Positions 36,906 to 49,711 are shown, counted from the stretch's first letter. The stretch: 64,000 bases of DNA from Harriotta raleighana (GCA_050575255.1 JBNZDD010013730.1:5758015-5822014), one strand, 5' to 3'. Numbers and translations are program-made. Notes: generated by a model not told the origin, from the sequence alone.

Positions 36906-39389
36906 AAGATTATAAAGTCATCTATATTTAAAAAGTACAATTACAACCTTCAGAATATTGTTTAAACATTAAAAGACTCTGGGCAACAAAGGTAGTTTGT
37001 TATAAAGTCTGTCAGTTTCAAATTTTAACCCTGGAAAACAGTCATTGTCCATATTCATCTTTTATGTCAGTAAAATGTGCTTAAAAACTACCTTTCTCAT
37101 TGTGATGCATGGTGCACAAATGTGTTTCAGATGCAATATTACATTTTTTAAGGCAGGTCTTGCTGAGTAATCAAATATTCGAAACAAGCTTTTCAAAAAT
37201 GTATTTCTTATGGCTGCTGTAGCTATTAAAGCCATGTTCAGTGGATCATTAGTTTTCCAGATAATAAAACAAGCTCTTTTAACACCTTTACTTCTCTGTA
37301 TTTTGAGAGCACAGCTTGATATTTTGGATGCGTTTTCTGCCAAATAGAAATGACTGCTGCAGTATATTACTAGAACCATAGAGCCATGTCAAGTGCTCTG
37401 AGGAATAATAAAATATTCATATGGAGACAAAAATTAAGTGGCTTAGAAAAAGAAGCCATTGCCTATCCCATGAGTGGTTTTAGACATTTGATGTCTGCTT
37501 GAACATATCTATTCTTAGCATCAAAAACCACAGGTAATGTGACCTAAGTAACTGTCTGTCTTTAATCTACTTTGCTGATGGAAACCACTGAATATTTCCT
37601 CCGACAGCAAGTCAACCAAAGAAGAGGAATTTGTCTGATCATTCTGCAGTGTTCTTTTGGGGAAATTATTTTAAGGTAAACTGATGCAGGAGGAAAGGCC
37701 ACAGATAACGTTTCTTCACAAAAACCTATTGATGAATATTCATCTTGTGAAAGAGAATAAGAACCATTTTTTTTTCTCCTGGTTGGGGTGGGGGGGAAGA
37801 AGTAAGAGCTCAGAATTTGCTTTGAGGTATTTGCATAAAGAATCCAGACTTGTACGGCAGCTGTTTCACCTCAAAGGCCCAGTGGCAATGATTTTTCGCA
37901 GACTCTAATTTTCTTGTTAAATGCCAGGAATACCTGAAATCACTTTGGATAGCCCCAATTTTGCATGCCTGTCATACATTGCCTCTGTGGGAAGAAATGG
38001 AGGCCCTAAATTCAGAACAGAACACAGCAAAGTGACTCCTACATTTCAAGTTCCCGCCTCATCAACGTTCTATTTCTTTAAATCACAAAAAGTCCCATTT
38101 TCAATTCATACTCTTGACTATAAAGCCACTGTATTCAAAAAAACACTCAAGGCGGACACGTTGCCTCATCATATAAAGTATGCAAGGGCTCTTAGCATTT
38201 GACGGAAACTGAAGAAGAGTCTTTACTGTAACGCCCAATACACTAGTCACAAATCAGATGAATTATCAATATTCTGTTTTGTTAATCCAGGCCACTGCTA
38301 TTTTAAACTACTCTCAGAAAGAAAGAAAGACCGTAATGGGATGCTTAAATCCGCAGCATCTATTTTTGGTGTCCGTCTATACACTGAATACTGGCATTTC
38401 ATGGTGAAGTAAGTGTTGTCTTGATCCCTGGTGAGTGAAAAATACAGCAAGATGATAACCAAATCATTCTTACGTATGGGCACAATGCCAGCTCCCTCGT
38501 TTGTTATGCAATTAGGTCATTTTAAAAGCAGATATTTATCAACAATTTTTTTTTACGAAACTCATACATTATTGGAAAAAAACAGTACATGCTGGGAATC
38601 TACAGCAAGTCAATCTGGAGCCAAGACACAAAAAAAATACACATTTGCAAATGCTTACCCTTCACCAACTTCCGAACAATAACTGAGCATTGAGATGCTA
38701 ATTGACTTCTGCAGATTTCTAGCTTTTGGGGCTTATTTTAGATTCTGACAATGTACTGTTTTTAACCTTACCAAAAAGCGCATTTTTAAGGCAGTTAATA
38801 GATTTATTAGTGAACACTTAATTGTAGAAACTCAATCCACACACAAAGTGATAATAGAAGGCATTGGAATCAACTCAGTGATTCACAACTAAAAAAATCA
38901 GTAGAATATGTAGTTTGCACATGTCTAGGAACACACGCATAAATACAAAAATATATATGCGCACGTAAGCATTGCTTTGTGAAAAGATATATCTTTTGTG
39001 CCTTTTAATGCAGAGAAACATTTACATCCATTGGATTAACTCCTTGAAAAAGGAACTGGACAAATATCTGATTGAATATTACAGCAATAGGTATAGACTG
39101 AGGGGATCAAGAGACCAAGAGGAAGGAAGGAAATGTCAGTGGAAGGAAGCAGACCAGGTTGAATAGTTTCGATATAGGGGGACAAAACAAATATTCTGTT
39201 TGATTACTTTGAGAGATAAGGAAGTATTTGCACAGAACTTTCCCTCAGGAGTTTGAGTGGACCAAAGGACTATGTCCAGAGTAAAGTAAATTTACATATA
39301 ATAAGCATCAAAGAAGGCACACAGGATGCCAGACTAAATTGCAAAATTAGTTGTGTTCAGATCCCCAGAAATCTTGGTTAAGCTCTCAT

Positions 39390-39745
39390 CAGTCACAATC
39401 AGTGCTCTGATTAGACCATAACAGGAATACTGTGTACAATTCCAGTCATTACAGCACATGGGGACAACCCAGGCCCTGAAGGCAGGTCAAAAAAAGAACA
39501 AAGCACTGGGAGGATGAACTGTAAAGATTGGATATGCTGGGGCTCTACTGCCTTGAAAAGTTATGATTCAGCAGAGATTCAATCAAGAGGTGGATAAGAT
39601 GCTAGAGTGCTAATAAGTATTAGAAAAAGTAAACTCGGAACGAATTTTGGCTGTGCAAACCATCTCAAGAGAATACAAGTTCAGAATTTTGAAGGCAATT
39701 GGGGGACAGGCACCAGGAAGTGTTTCTTTACACTGAGGATATTTA
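39390..39745 (+). mobile_element. Degraded CR1 ORF2 C-terminus
   Basis: ALIRP*QEYCVQFQS, LDMLGLYCLEK and RKCFFTLR; a further CR1 piece SLKKELDKYL at about 39035-39075. Confidence 0.7.
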
Positions 39746-39803
39746 ACAGGGCCAATGCTTCTGAGTATCTGTGTAAATGATCATACTTTAGAACAGGGAA
39801 ATG

Positions 39804-39935
39804 ACAACAACAACTTTGATTTATATAGCGCCCTCCACGCCGAACAGCGTCTCAGAACGCTTCACAATAATGGATCCCGGGCTCCAGTCATGGGCAGGGG
39901 GTAAAAGGTGACCTAAGGGGTGGTTGAAAAAAAAA
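39804..39935 (-). mobile_element. L2 3' tail, divergent subfamily
   Basis: (caa)n, tttatatagcgccc..gtctcagaacgcttcac and a G-rich UTR. Confidence 0.6.
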
Positions 39936-40467
39936 AGTCAGCAGGTGAGACCTGAAACTAGGTCCTGAATTATTTCCTATGAAGAAAACAACAGCTTAAG
40001 TAATTGAAATTTAATTTTGGTAATGAATTCAACAGAAAGATGGAAAATCTGTGAGTCATTACTTTGAACTTGTATGAGTTTGGCTGATGAGGTAGCGTGA
40101 CTGACTGGCATTCTAACGCCAGTTGTGCAAATTGAATCTTGTCCAGCAACCTCTGATCTGTCAGCCACAACATACTCTTGTGCTGAGCTCCAGGTACTTG
40201 ATTGACTTATCCAGGAAAGCCAACAATTAGGCTGAGGTGAGACAGCAGGTTGCAGAAGTGATCTGGCTTTCAAATAACTAATCAGCACAATACAGCCAGT
40301 ATCAAGGCAGCTGCTGAAAGGAAATCAGAAATACTGGAGTACACTAGCCTGCGATTAGGAAATAAGCTGCACAGGCTAAAGGGGATGTCAGCTCACCAAA
40401 CAACAAGTGAATGAGGTTATCAGGTACTTGTTGAATGGTTCACTTTGCAGCACCACTAAATAATGTC

Positions 40468-40700
40468 AGGACTTGAAATCAGTCCAGGCTCACAATCCAT
40501 TGCAGTGCAGGAGGAAACGTGGCATTATTGGAGATGCTATCTTTTGGATGAGATACCTGTCTGCCCATTTTCGCAGAGATATTAAAAGATATATCCCCCG
40601 ACACTATTCAAAATGAGAAGGGATTTTCTCAAGATGCCCTCGCAAACAATCCTCCAGATTAATCAATCAGGTTTGTGGGATCTTGCTGTTGCAAAACACA
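40468..40700 (+). mobile_element. Deu-domain SINE, degraded
   Basis: ccattgcagtg..ggagatgctatcttttggatgagata..cactattcaaa..tttgtgggatcttgctgt. Confidence 0.65.
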
Positions 40701-40719
40701 TCACATTACATTGCACTAC

Positions 40720-41318
40720 CCCTGGGCTGCCAAAACCTTTATCCAAGTTCTCATTATGTCCAGGATCAATGACTCAAACACCCTGCTCCCTGGACATCCC
40801 AGCTACTCCCTGTGCAAGCTACAAAACCCTCTGGAGCTCTTCAGCAATGGGTTCCAGGAGCCTATCACAGTGCTCAACTTCACTGACTCCACTTCAACGA
40901 GTTGATCAAATTCAAGATCCTTGTCCTCAAATATTTAACAGCAAAAACATATTGTATTTATATAGTGCCTTTCATGTCAGGAGCACATGCCAAATTCCTC
41001 ATCCCATCTTTCCTCTGTGATCTGCTATTGACAGAACTGTTCTTTCCGCTCCGCAGGTAGCAGCCTGCTTCATATTCCCTGTTCAATCTGCCCCACTGTT
41101 GTTGCGCACGATTTTAGCCTTTCTGCTCTTACTTTCTGGAACCATACCAGTCTCTCATCCTCATCCCTTCCTCTCCACTTTTAACACCTACCACATCATC
41201 TGTTCAACCATGTTCCCACACCACCACCAGCTCATGTTCCCAGTCAGCTGTGGAAAGTGCTTTGAGACGTCCTTCTGCTGAGTAAGGCACTACATAAATG
41301 TAAATTGTTGCTGTTTTG
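40720..41318 (+). mobile_element. Old L2 3' end with nested antisense micro-tail (~40939-40990)
   Basis: SNTLLPGHPSYSLCKLQ and IKFKILVL; tail gtgctttgagacgtcc..ggcactacataaatgtaaattgttgctg. Confidence 0.7.
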
Positions 41319-41940
41319 TTAAACCCTTGGCAGAAATTACTTATGAAGAGCTGCGACATTTTGATGTGTTTGGGTACGATAAAAATCCAATTTATTTTTA
41401 TTATTCATTCCGATACTTGCTGTTCATTGGCACACAAACAAATACAACATTGATATTTAATTCCTGTACTTACATAGTGGCATGGAATTTTTGAACAGGA
41501 TTGGGAACAGGAAAGAATAGTTACTGGCGAATTAGCTTCAATGCATTGCATGTGCTGTCATTTTAAAGTGGTCCAGCCAGCATTACATTGACTTGCAACC
41601 TTCACTTGGGTTAATGTCTTGGAGCACTGAACAATGGTTGAGTTGGACACAGAGAAAGTAAGAAAGAAAAGGTGACTGTAGGCATAGACAAAGAAGAAAG
41701 TCTTTGGGTGAATTTGAAGACGGGTAAACCGGGGGCAAGTCGGAGAGCCTGAGGCAGTAAATTTGTATCAGTAACCTTGGAATCAAATATGTTGCATCAG
41801 GCACATTTCTAAATAAAAACAAACGTACTTAAGTATCAATGAGTGATTTTCTTTATATTGAATGCAGGCAATATTTACCCAGCAAAATAGGTCACGCCAG
41901 CTTCACCCGCTTGTATATAAAGTCTATCCATTTGCATAGC

Positions 41941-42345
41941 TCACCCCAGTTGCATTGAATTTGTTATGTGTTTAGAATGCTTTTTGCTAATTACGTTGAC
42001 AACAGGATCAAGTTCTTTCATTTCAGGAATGGTTTTCATTAAAACCACTACCCTAATGCATGTGCTGGATTTCTTTGTTTCTTCAGCATCTTGTTTTTTT
42101 TTGCCTTCAGGCTTTTTAAACAAAATATCCCTAAATTCGATTCTGCTATTGCTATCAGCAAACTTTGAAGCGTCAGAGTCAGGAAGCATCCTTTTTTTTT
42201 CTTGCACATTCAGACTGACACCCCCAAGGACTTTTAAGCATGCCAAGAAACAAAACATACAACTAACATTTTGTGCCATTTTTGAAATACTCACCTCAAG
42301 GCTTCGTGACACAAAAATATTAGGTGGTCTATCGCTATTGTTCTG
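41941..42345 (-). other. 134-codon open frame with weak CR1/L2 RT-like motifs; function unknown
   Basis: Open from after the TAG at 42348-42346 to the TGA at 41943-41941; K/E/D-rich; contains VLG..LPD..SKFADS..LMK; donor-like GG|GTGAG at 41945/41944. Confidence 0.25.
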
Positions 42346-43159
42346 CTAGGCTTTGCAGGATGCACCATTTTAGATTTGTACACAGATTCGAGGATCAAAC
42401 CAAAGGCTCCAACAAAGAATTAAGTTTGCTGAAGCATTCTTAATTTATGTGCATTGCAACCCAACCTAAGTATTTACTGAATTTGGAATTTACTGTATCC
42501 ACATAATTTTGTGATAGTCCACAGACCACCATATTGATATATTATACTGCATCCATATCCATGAAAAGCCACCAGCCATTACGAGATGCTATCTGATTCT
42601 CCCCAGATTTATGGAAATACATGAATCTTGAAGCCCTCATTGGCAGTTATTGGATGGAATTCAACATGGCAAATGCTAAGATGACAGCAGAGTGACTTCT
42701 TGGTGCCTGGAAGGAGTGTGGTTTATAATATTTGAGGGACGCTGTTATCTTTGCAGTTACAGTGAACACAATGGCTGTCAAAAAGGGCAATTCCAAGTCA
42801 ATATTTAACAGGTAGCACATATGAGTGAGCACGTCTCTGCTGAAGTGAAAATAATGTTGACAGCAACACTCTTGCTCAATGCCAAGTAGCTGGTTCTTGG
42901 CCCGTACGTCCTCTGAAAATGACAAGCTTTCCTCCATCCTGTCTACCGTTGCAAAACACCAGCCAACCAAGTTGAGCTCTTCAGTTATGAGATGTCACCA
43001 AACTCAAAGAGTCTGGCAAAAGCAGGAAACACGAAAGAGGTATTTAAACTAACTTTAACCATTACTTAGAGCAGGATGACCCAACCTTTCGCGACTCGGA
43101 TTCCCTATTTGACAAATGCCACAGTCCACATAAGCAACATTTTGCGTTGCACTTCCAGC

Positions 43160-43600
43160 AGCATAACAACATTTACACAGCACCTTTTCATGTTGGAAGG
43201 ACATCTCGACATTGTCGGTTGGGCACCTGAGCTGGCGGTGGGAGCCGAGTGGGCTGAGATGGGGAGGGGATAAGATGACCGAAGCGTGGTAAAAGAGTTA
43301 AGTCTTGATGTGCCTTGAAAGAGAGGAGGGAGGGAACAAGTCAGAGGGACTTCAGGGATGGAACTCTAGAGAGTGGTAACAAATTAGCGACGGTGGGGCA
43401 GATGAGGTGGGGGGGACATAAAGAAAGAGGGTGTTTGTTGGGCAGAGAGAATGGCCGAGTCAGGAGGTCACAGAGGTAGGGTTGGGGTGAGATGAAGTTT
43501 TTCACTGGGGAAAGAGGGAGCTTGCTGTGAGGAAACTGATGGCACATCGCTCGGAGTCTGTGGTCGGTCCCGCCCACGATGACTGAGGGAGATTCTGATT
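43160..43600 (-). mobile_element. Old L2 3' portion
   Basis: Tail acaacatttacacagcaccttttcatgttggaaggacatc, G-rich UTR and minus frame PYLCDLL..VPSLKSL. Confidence 0.65.
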
Positions 43601-43694
43601 ATCTGTTCTGACATTGAACTACACTCTCTCTGTCCTCTCATACACTCTCTCTCTCTCAACCACTCTCTTCCCCCTCTCTCCATTCATGTCAGTC

Positions 43695-44413
43695 ACTATA
43701 TGCACCTCAGGCGCTGACAATATCAGCATTCAAGGCTGCTCTCTCCACTTCTCAAAGCCAGTCAGGAATCTGGGAGTCTTGTTTGACCCTGAACTGTCTT
43801 TCCTCCCTCATATCCGTGCTGATACAGCCTTCCACCACCTCCGTAACATTGCCAGACTCCGCCACTACCTCACCCCCCATGTTGCCGAAACACTCATCCA
43901 CACATTCATTACATCTAGGCTCGATTACAGGAACTCTTGCCTCATCGGTCTTCCCAGCTCTTCCCTTCACAAGATGCAGATTATTCAGAACTCTGCAGCC
44001 CATGTACTCTCCAGCACTAGGCTCTGCAACCACATCACTCCCACCCTCGCCCGTCTCCACTGGCTCCCCATCCCCCAGAGGATCGAATTTAAGATCTTCG
44101 TCCTCACCTTCAAGGCCATTCATGGTCTTACCCACGCCTATCTCTCCAACCTGCTATCTCACTATCAGTCTACCCATCCCCTCCGTTCAGCAGGCTCTGG
44201 TCTGCTCCGCATCCACTGCCCTAACCGCCCTACCATCCGTTGCCGGGCTTACAGCCTCTCCCACATTATAGAACTCCATCCCGCAATCCCTTTGCCTCAC
44301 CTCCCCCCATTCCTTCTCCAAGGCCCACTGCCCCCTCCCCCCCCCATTTGTTCAGCGCCTTGGGACGTCCTCCCAACGTGAAAGGTGCTCTATAAATTTT
44401 GTTGTGGTTGTTG
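43695..44413 (+). mobile_element. L2 LINE 3' end with ORF2 C-terminal region
   Basis: VRNLGVLFDPELSF..HLRNIARLR..LIHTFITSRLDY..IQNSAA..HITPTLARLHWLPIPQRIEFKI are canonical L2 ORF2 motifs; tail ..tgaaaggtgctctataaatt with TTG-like repeats. Confidence 0.95.
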
Positions 44414-44951
44414 TATGCAGTGGCAGGAGCCGGGAGTTGCTAAGGACGCTGCAGTGTTGACTTAGAGCATACGAGGAACACAAGTCATTAAGCTTATGAC
44501 GGATTTCTGAAATGCAGGAATTTTAAACGCTTAAAACAATGCTGATTAATTCATGGGCAATTATTTCTAGAGGTGCCCACAATGGAGGGATCAGCCCATT
44601 CCAGCAAAACAGATTGAGCCTGATCTCTAAACGCACAATAATATCACCACAGGCCTAATCCCAAGATGTGCTGGAGAGGAAAGGAATGGTGCGATCTTGA
44701 GGACATGCTCCTCTATAGGGCCGGCGCTTTACCCGACAATCAGCCTCTCTCTGCTGGCATTGTGAAGCATTCATCATTCAAGAGATTACCAAGCACTCTC
44801 ACAATTCAGCTCTCAGGCTAGAGTTACTGCTCGTCGGCAGGAGACGAGATTGGCAAAACTGGTGACTTGTGCAGCTGCCACCAGGCAGAAGGCTTCTCAT
44901 ACCGCCACAAATGACTACAATGAATACGAAGACGAAAACCTGGAACGAAAC

Positions 44952-44965
44952 CCAGCAGGTGGCTG
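44952..44965 (+). promoter_or_regulatory. Candidate CTCF site
   Basis: CCAGCAGGTGGCTG versus core consensus CCASYAGRKGGCRS, one mismatch; lies in a CpG-retaining patch. Confidence 0.3.
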
Positions 44966-45374
44966 CGAGACCTGCGGAGAAATGGGCCCAGAAAGTCAAG
45001 TGGCTTGGCTCTCCGGCAGGCCAGTTTCAAGAGGCTCTGAAATCAAATCCATGAGGCAAGTGCCTGCTACTTTATCCTGGCACTTGCTGCAATGAAGGCT
45101 ACTACTCACTGTTATTCTTGTTGCTTATTCTACAAGTTGGAGGTGGTTGCCGTCCCCATCTTATTTAACTGTGGAAATCATATACTAAACTGTGGCAGCT
45201 GAGTAGATTCTTGGCTGCAGCGTTCCAGCCACTGAGTACTGTTGTTGAGGATAGGGCAGCTGTCGTACACACTTGTGAAAAATATCAAAACATCCCGTCA
45301 TTGCTGCGAAAGACAAAACTAGGGCAATTCAAGGACTGTGTCAACCGTTACTAAATTATCATGTGGTAATGCGA

Positions 45375-45530
45375 ATACTCAATCCACCCACTGTTTATGG
45401 GACCTTGCTGTGTGCAATTGGCTGCCGTGTTTCACCCACAAAACACACAGTCACTACACTTTATGGTATATTCTGTCGTGCGCTTTGAGACTCCAAGATG
45501 CTATATCAAATACACGTATTACTATTATCA
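45375..45530 (+). mobile_element. SINE 3' half
   Basis: actcaatcca..ctgtttatgggacc..caattggctgccg..gctatatcaaatac. Confidence 0.8.
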
Positions 45531-46149
45531 TTGGTTGAAATATTGTCCTAGCTAGGACCACATTTTGTAACAATGCAACCTCCTGAGTTTTGAGGTTTTT
45601 CGCTATATTAATTTATTGATACAAGGCTATTACTGAACTACAGTTTGTTAGTTAGAGAATTGTTTCTGAAGGGGGCAGCCATGATCTGCACTGACAGTAC
45701 TGAGCACTTCCATTCCATCTCTTCTGATGCCCCCAACATGATATCTGTGAGAAAGCATAGCTATTGTTATCAGTTGAAGACATTTGGGATCAATCGGGTT
45801 TCTAAGGTTTCAGTAACGCACAGACTAGGGATGCCGTCAAGAAAATAATAAAGAACTACGACCTCAACACGAGGAAATGAAGATATGGCCTCCTTGGTTT
45901 ACAAAGTGTCAGCTAAGGAATGAGATTATGAACAATGTTGATTTAGAAAAAAGTAAATATAAAACTGATCTATTGAGTTTCACAGGGTGGAATATAGTTT
46001 TTGTTTGTTTATTAGAATCCAAATTATCGAGCTTCCAGTTCACCCCCCACCTTTTACCCTCAACTCCCTCTATGGGAAACAATGGGTTGAAGAGCAGACA
46101 ACAGTGTGATGCATGCAGAACAGGTGACAGAAGACATATTATAACAACA

Positions 46150-46280
46150 GACGTTGCCTGTTCAGGTGGACATTATAGATCCCATGGTACTATTCAAAAA
46201 GAGAAGGGAGATTTCCCAGTGTCCTGGCCAGCAATCCACCAGAATAAATTGGTCATTCACCTAACAAATTGGTCATTCAC
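46150..46280 (+). mobile_element. Deu-domain SINE fragment interrupted by CR1; appears to resume at about 46970-47030
   Basis: gttcaggtggacattatagatcccatggtactattcaaa..gtgtcctggcca..ttggtcattcac. Confidence 0.75.
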
Positions 46281-46755
46281 CAGGATTGAGGGACTTCACC
46301 TATGAGGAAAGGCTAGATAGGCTAGGGTTATTCTCTCTAGAACAGAGAAGATTGAGGGGAGACCTAATAGAGGTTTATAAGATCATGAGGGGTTTCGACA
46401 GGGCAAATAGAGAAAAACTATTTCCACTCGTGGGCGAATCTGTGACCCGTGGTCACAGATTTAAAACAGTTTCAAAGCGAAGTAGAGGGGAGCTGAGGAG
46501 AAACTTTTTCACTCAGCGAGTTGTTCGAATCTGGAATGCATTGCCTGAAAAGGTGGTGGAGGCTGATTCGATAACAACTTTTAAAAGGGAATTAGATCTT
46601 TATTTAGGGAGAACAGGTCTATTAGGCTATGGGGAGCGAGCAGGGCAGTGGGATTAAATCGCTCTTTTCAAAGAGCCGGCACAGACTAGATGGGCCGAAT
46701 GGCCTCCTTTTGTGCCGTAAACTTCTATGAATCTATGAATCTATGAATCTATGAA
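46281..46755 (+). mobile_element. Young 5'-truncated CR1 LINE
   Basis: Uninterrupted YEERLDRLGLFSLEQRRLRGDLIEVYKI..TRGH..FFTQRVVRIWNALP..FKRELD; 3'UTR inverted repeat ggcaca..ggccgaatggcc..tgtgcc; four TCTATGAA octamers at 46724-46755. Confidence 0.95.
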
Positions 46756-46822
46756 AAAACAACACCAAATTACATTTTGTACAGCACTTTTCATGTTGGG
46801 AGGGCATTCCAAGGCGCTGAAA
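46756..46822 (-). mobile_element. Micro L2 tail
   Basis: caacaccaaattacattttgtacagcacttttcatgttgggagggcattccaaggcgctgaa. Confidence 0.75.
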
Positions 46823-47042
46823 CACAAGAGCCAGATTCTGGGAAATGGAATCTGAGCTTTATAAAAGCTAGAAGACTGGTTAAAGATAACCACATCACTG
46901 TCTCAAAATAATAGGGAGCTTCTTACTCTGACCGTAAATTTAGCTGCCTACTACAATACAAGGCAGATACCTAACTAATAATAATACCTGCGTTTAATGA
47001 CTGTTTGTGGAGCATTGCTTTGCTATATGAAATGCACGGTTC

Positions 47043-47463
47043 ATAATAATGACAATTCTTGGATTTGATAACAGTGCCTTATCACGTCACTGTAATATCT
47101 CAAAACGCTTCACAGGATACATTATGAAATGGATTGATTGTGTATCCTGTGGGTGAAATGCGACAGCCAGTGGCACGCAGCAATGTCCCACCAACAACCA
47201 TGGAGTGAGTGGCCTATTTTATTTGGCCAGGACACCGGGAGGAACTCCCTTCTCGTTCAGATTGGTACCATGTAGCATCTTTAACAAGCACCTGAACAGG
47301 CTGATCCGACCTCGGTTTAACGTCTCATCCGAAAGGAAGGCAACTCGGTCGATACAACACCTTACCCTACACTGCATTGGAGCGTCGTCTTAGTGATTCC
47401 AAATCCCAACCCGCAATCTTCTCTCTCAAAGATGAGAGTATTACCACTGGGCTAGGCTGACAC
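47043..47463 (-). mobile_element. Near full-length Deu-domain SINE
   Basis: Reverse complement: head tgtcagcctagcccagtggta, core ctttcggatgagacgttaaaccgaggtc..gttcaggtg..gggagttcctcccggtgtcctggcca, L2-like tail. Confidence 0.85.
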
Positions 47464-48659
47464 ATATTACTTCCACTGAAAGCCAAGTCTACCCACCCCA
47501 GCTTCAGCCCAAGTGCGATATTTACAAACATGGGCAGCAGGTTGCTTGTCCCAATTGCTCAGTGTGCAGCCCAGATTATCTAAAGGGCAAGGATAATCCA
47601 GGAAAACCTGAAAAAAATCTAATCATTTTAAGTGGTCCATAGTAAAGTCTGGAAATAAAAGAAAATACTTTTTGAAAACAATATTAATATTCTGTAAAAT
47701 TCTGTTATTATAATATAGTGGAACCAGAGAAATAAAGAATGCAAACTGTAAACCCACGGGTGAAGCAGACCAGCTGTAAAGGTTACTAAGGTCAGTGACA
47801 TTTTGCCATCATTTCCTGCAGTGTATTCGTTATCTGTGCAGACAGTAGACTTGCAGGTTTCTTTTCTGGAATAATATAGGTTTTTATAATTTTTTAATAT
47901 TTGGTCTTTAATAGAGATTATTAGGAATGTGGAAGGCACTTTAGAAACAGCACATTATGCTGAGCGAGTAGTCTCTCACTTCTCTCTCCAGACATGACTG
48001 TCCATCATCTTGAAAATCCTCTTAAATGGGGATTAAGTATTAAATTCATAGGGTTGTCTTGGCCCCAAATGTTACTTCGTTCACCAGTGAGACAAGGAGC
48101 TAGCATGAATATTTAGCACCATAGCTCAAAACTGAGGCCAATATTTAAATATATTTTCAAATTCACCAGCAGCTCCCAGCACAGAAAGGAAAAGCTGCTC
48201 TTATCATTTGAATCCCACACTCAGAGCTTTGCAGATCCTGAACCGCACAGATTTACGTCAGGAGTAAAGCGAGAAGAAGCAATAGTTCTGGTGGCGACAT
48301 TATCAGATTGGAGTGTCACACCATTTTATATCGTGAGTGGGGAAAAAAAAATCAAGCCACTTCTTATATAAATCTACAAAACTTCACTGTAATTTACTAA
48401 GATAATACTTTTGAAATGGTGTTATAATTGAACTTCTCAAAGTTAGAATCGAAAGTGAAAGCTATTTGGCAGCAAATACATTGTGATAACTGATATCACG
48501 GATCCAATTTAGTGATGAAACTCTTGTGATTTAAGAAGACATTTTATAGAATGTACATTACGTTTGTACATGCTGGGAGCGAGCTGGTAAACACAGTACT
48601 TGTCCAGAATAAGCTATTCCCGTGCTAAATGTAGTGAAATAAATCAGTTTGAACTGAAC

Positions 48660-48880
48660 AATTCAACATCTAGAGCACTCACTCTTAGGATTCTCAGCAC
48701 ACTTGCTCTCGACTGGTAAAAGATGCAACAGTAAGATAGGCAAGCTCAGTGGGTAAAGGCATCACTCAGNAATTCAACATCTAGAGCACTCACTCTTAGG
48801 ATTCTCAGCACACTTGCTCTAGACTGGTAAAAGATGCAACAGTAAGCTAGGCAAGCTCAGTGGGTAAAGGCATCACTCAT
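48660..48880. other. Assembly overlap duplication around single n (48770)
   Basis: About 110 bp repeated with 2-3 differences. Confidence 0.85.
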
Positions 48881-49349
48881 TTACTCTATGGAGAACTGAG
48901 GTCATCCCAGTCACAAGTCCAGGTAAGAGTCAATGCCTTCCAGGAGGGAAGAAAACTGCCAAAAAAACGCAATAACATTTGGAGCACGCTGAATAAAATT
49001 TTGTGACCTAAAAGCATAAATTATATCAAAGTGTATTTCTAGAAGAAAGGTAGCACACCATTGGGTTGAATGACATTGAGAGATCACTGAAGTTTTGTAA
49101 TGATGTTAATTTGAACCGCTTAATGCTTTATCGACACTCTGCTGCTTTGTGCATTTATCTTATATTTATGTGCAATATATAGGGATGTGATGTTGCCACT
49201 TACCCGCTCTGTGAAGCAATTTTAAACGGTTTTGCTGGTTCTGAACTGAGTAGCTTACGTTTGCTTATATTTGAACAGGGAGTGCATCAATGACCAGAGA
49301 GCAAAGCAGTTTGCCCCATACTCTTCCCTGGAACTCAGTTGGAACCATG

Positions 49350-49668
49350 CTTCAGCACTCAAGAGTCAAACAGGTGAAATGCCAACAGGAAATTGGTATC
49401 CATAAGTTCCTCTCCTCTTTTGTCAATTCATGCTGAAGTACAGTTTCAAGGGTGCTGGTCACCTTACCAAAGTGACTATTTCTCATACACCATCCTAGGT
49501 AAAACAGATGNCTTCAGCACTCAAGAGTCAAACAGGTGAAATGCCAACAGGAAATTGGTATACATAAGTTCCTCTCCTCTTTTGTCAATTCATGCTGAAG
49601 TATAGTTTCAAGGGTGCTGGTCACCTTACCAAAGTGACTATTTCTCATACACCTAGGTAAAACAGATG
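49350..49668. other. Assembly overlap duplication around single n (49511)
   Basis: About 160 bp repeated with two SNPs and a 4-bp indel. Confidence 0.85.
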
Positions 49669-49711
49669 CAATATAACTGATCCCAATTTTGAACTCACCC
49701 AATCACCTCCT

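Noticed and set aside
38318-38408. 91-nt plus-strand exon (ctctcag| .. GAA|GTAAGT)
   Set aside because: Weak acceptor, and the peptide VRLYTEYWHF may be a CR1 relic (VRPHLEYCVQF); unsupported.
41914-41937. TATA plus octamer (Ig- or H2B-like promoter)
   Set aside because: Order and orientation do not match the known arrangements, and no leader, V or histone sequence follows.
43614-44381. Longest ORF (255 aa) as a host gene
   Set aside because: It is the C-terminal part of L2 ORF2 in a 5'-truncated copy, frameshifted near its end.
46286-46657. 123-aa ORF as a host gene
   Set aside because: It is the CR1 ORF2 C-terminus, followed by the CR1 3'UTR and octamer tail.
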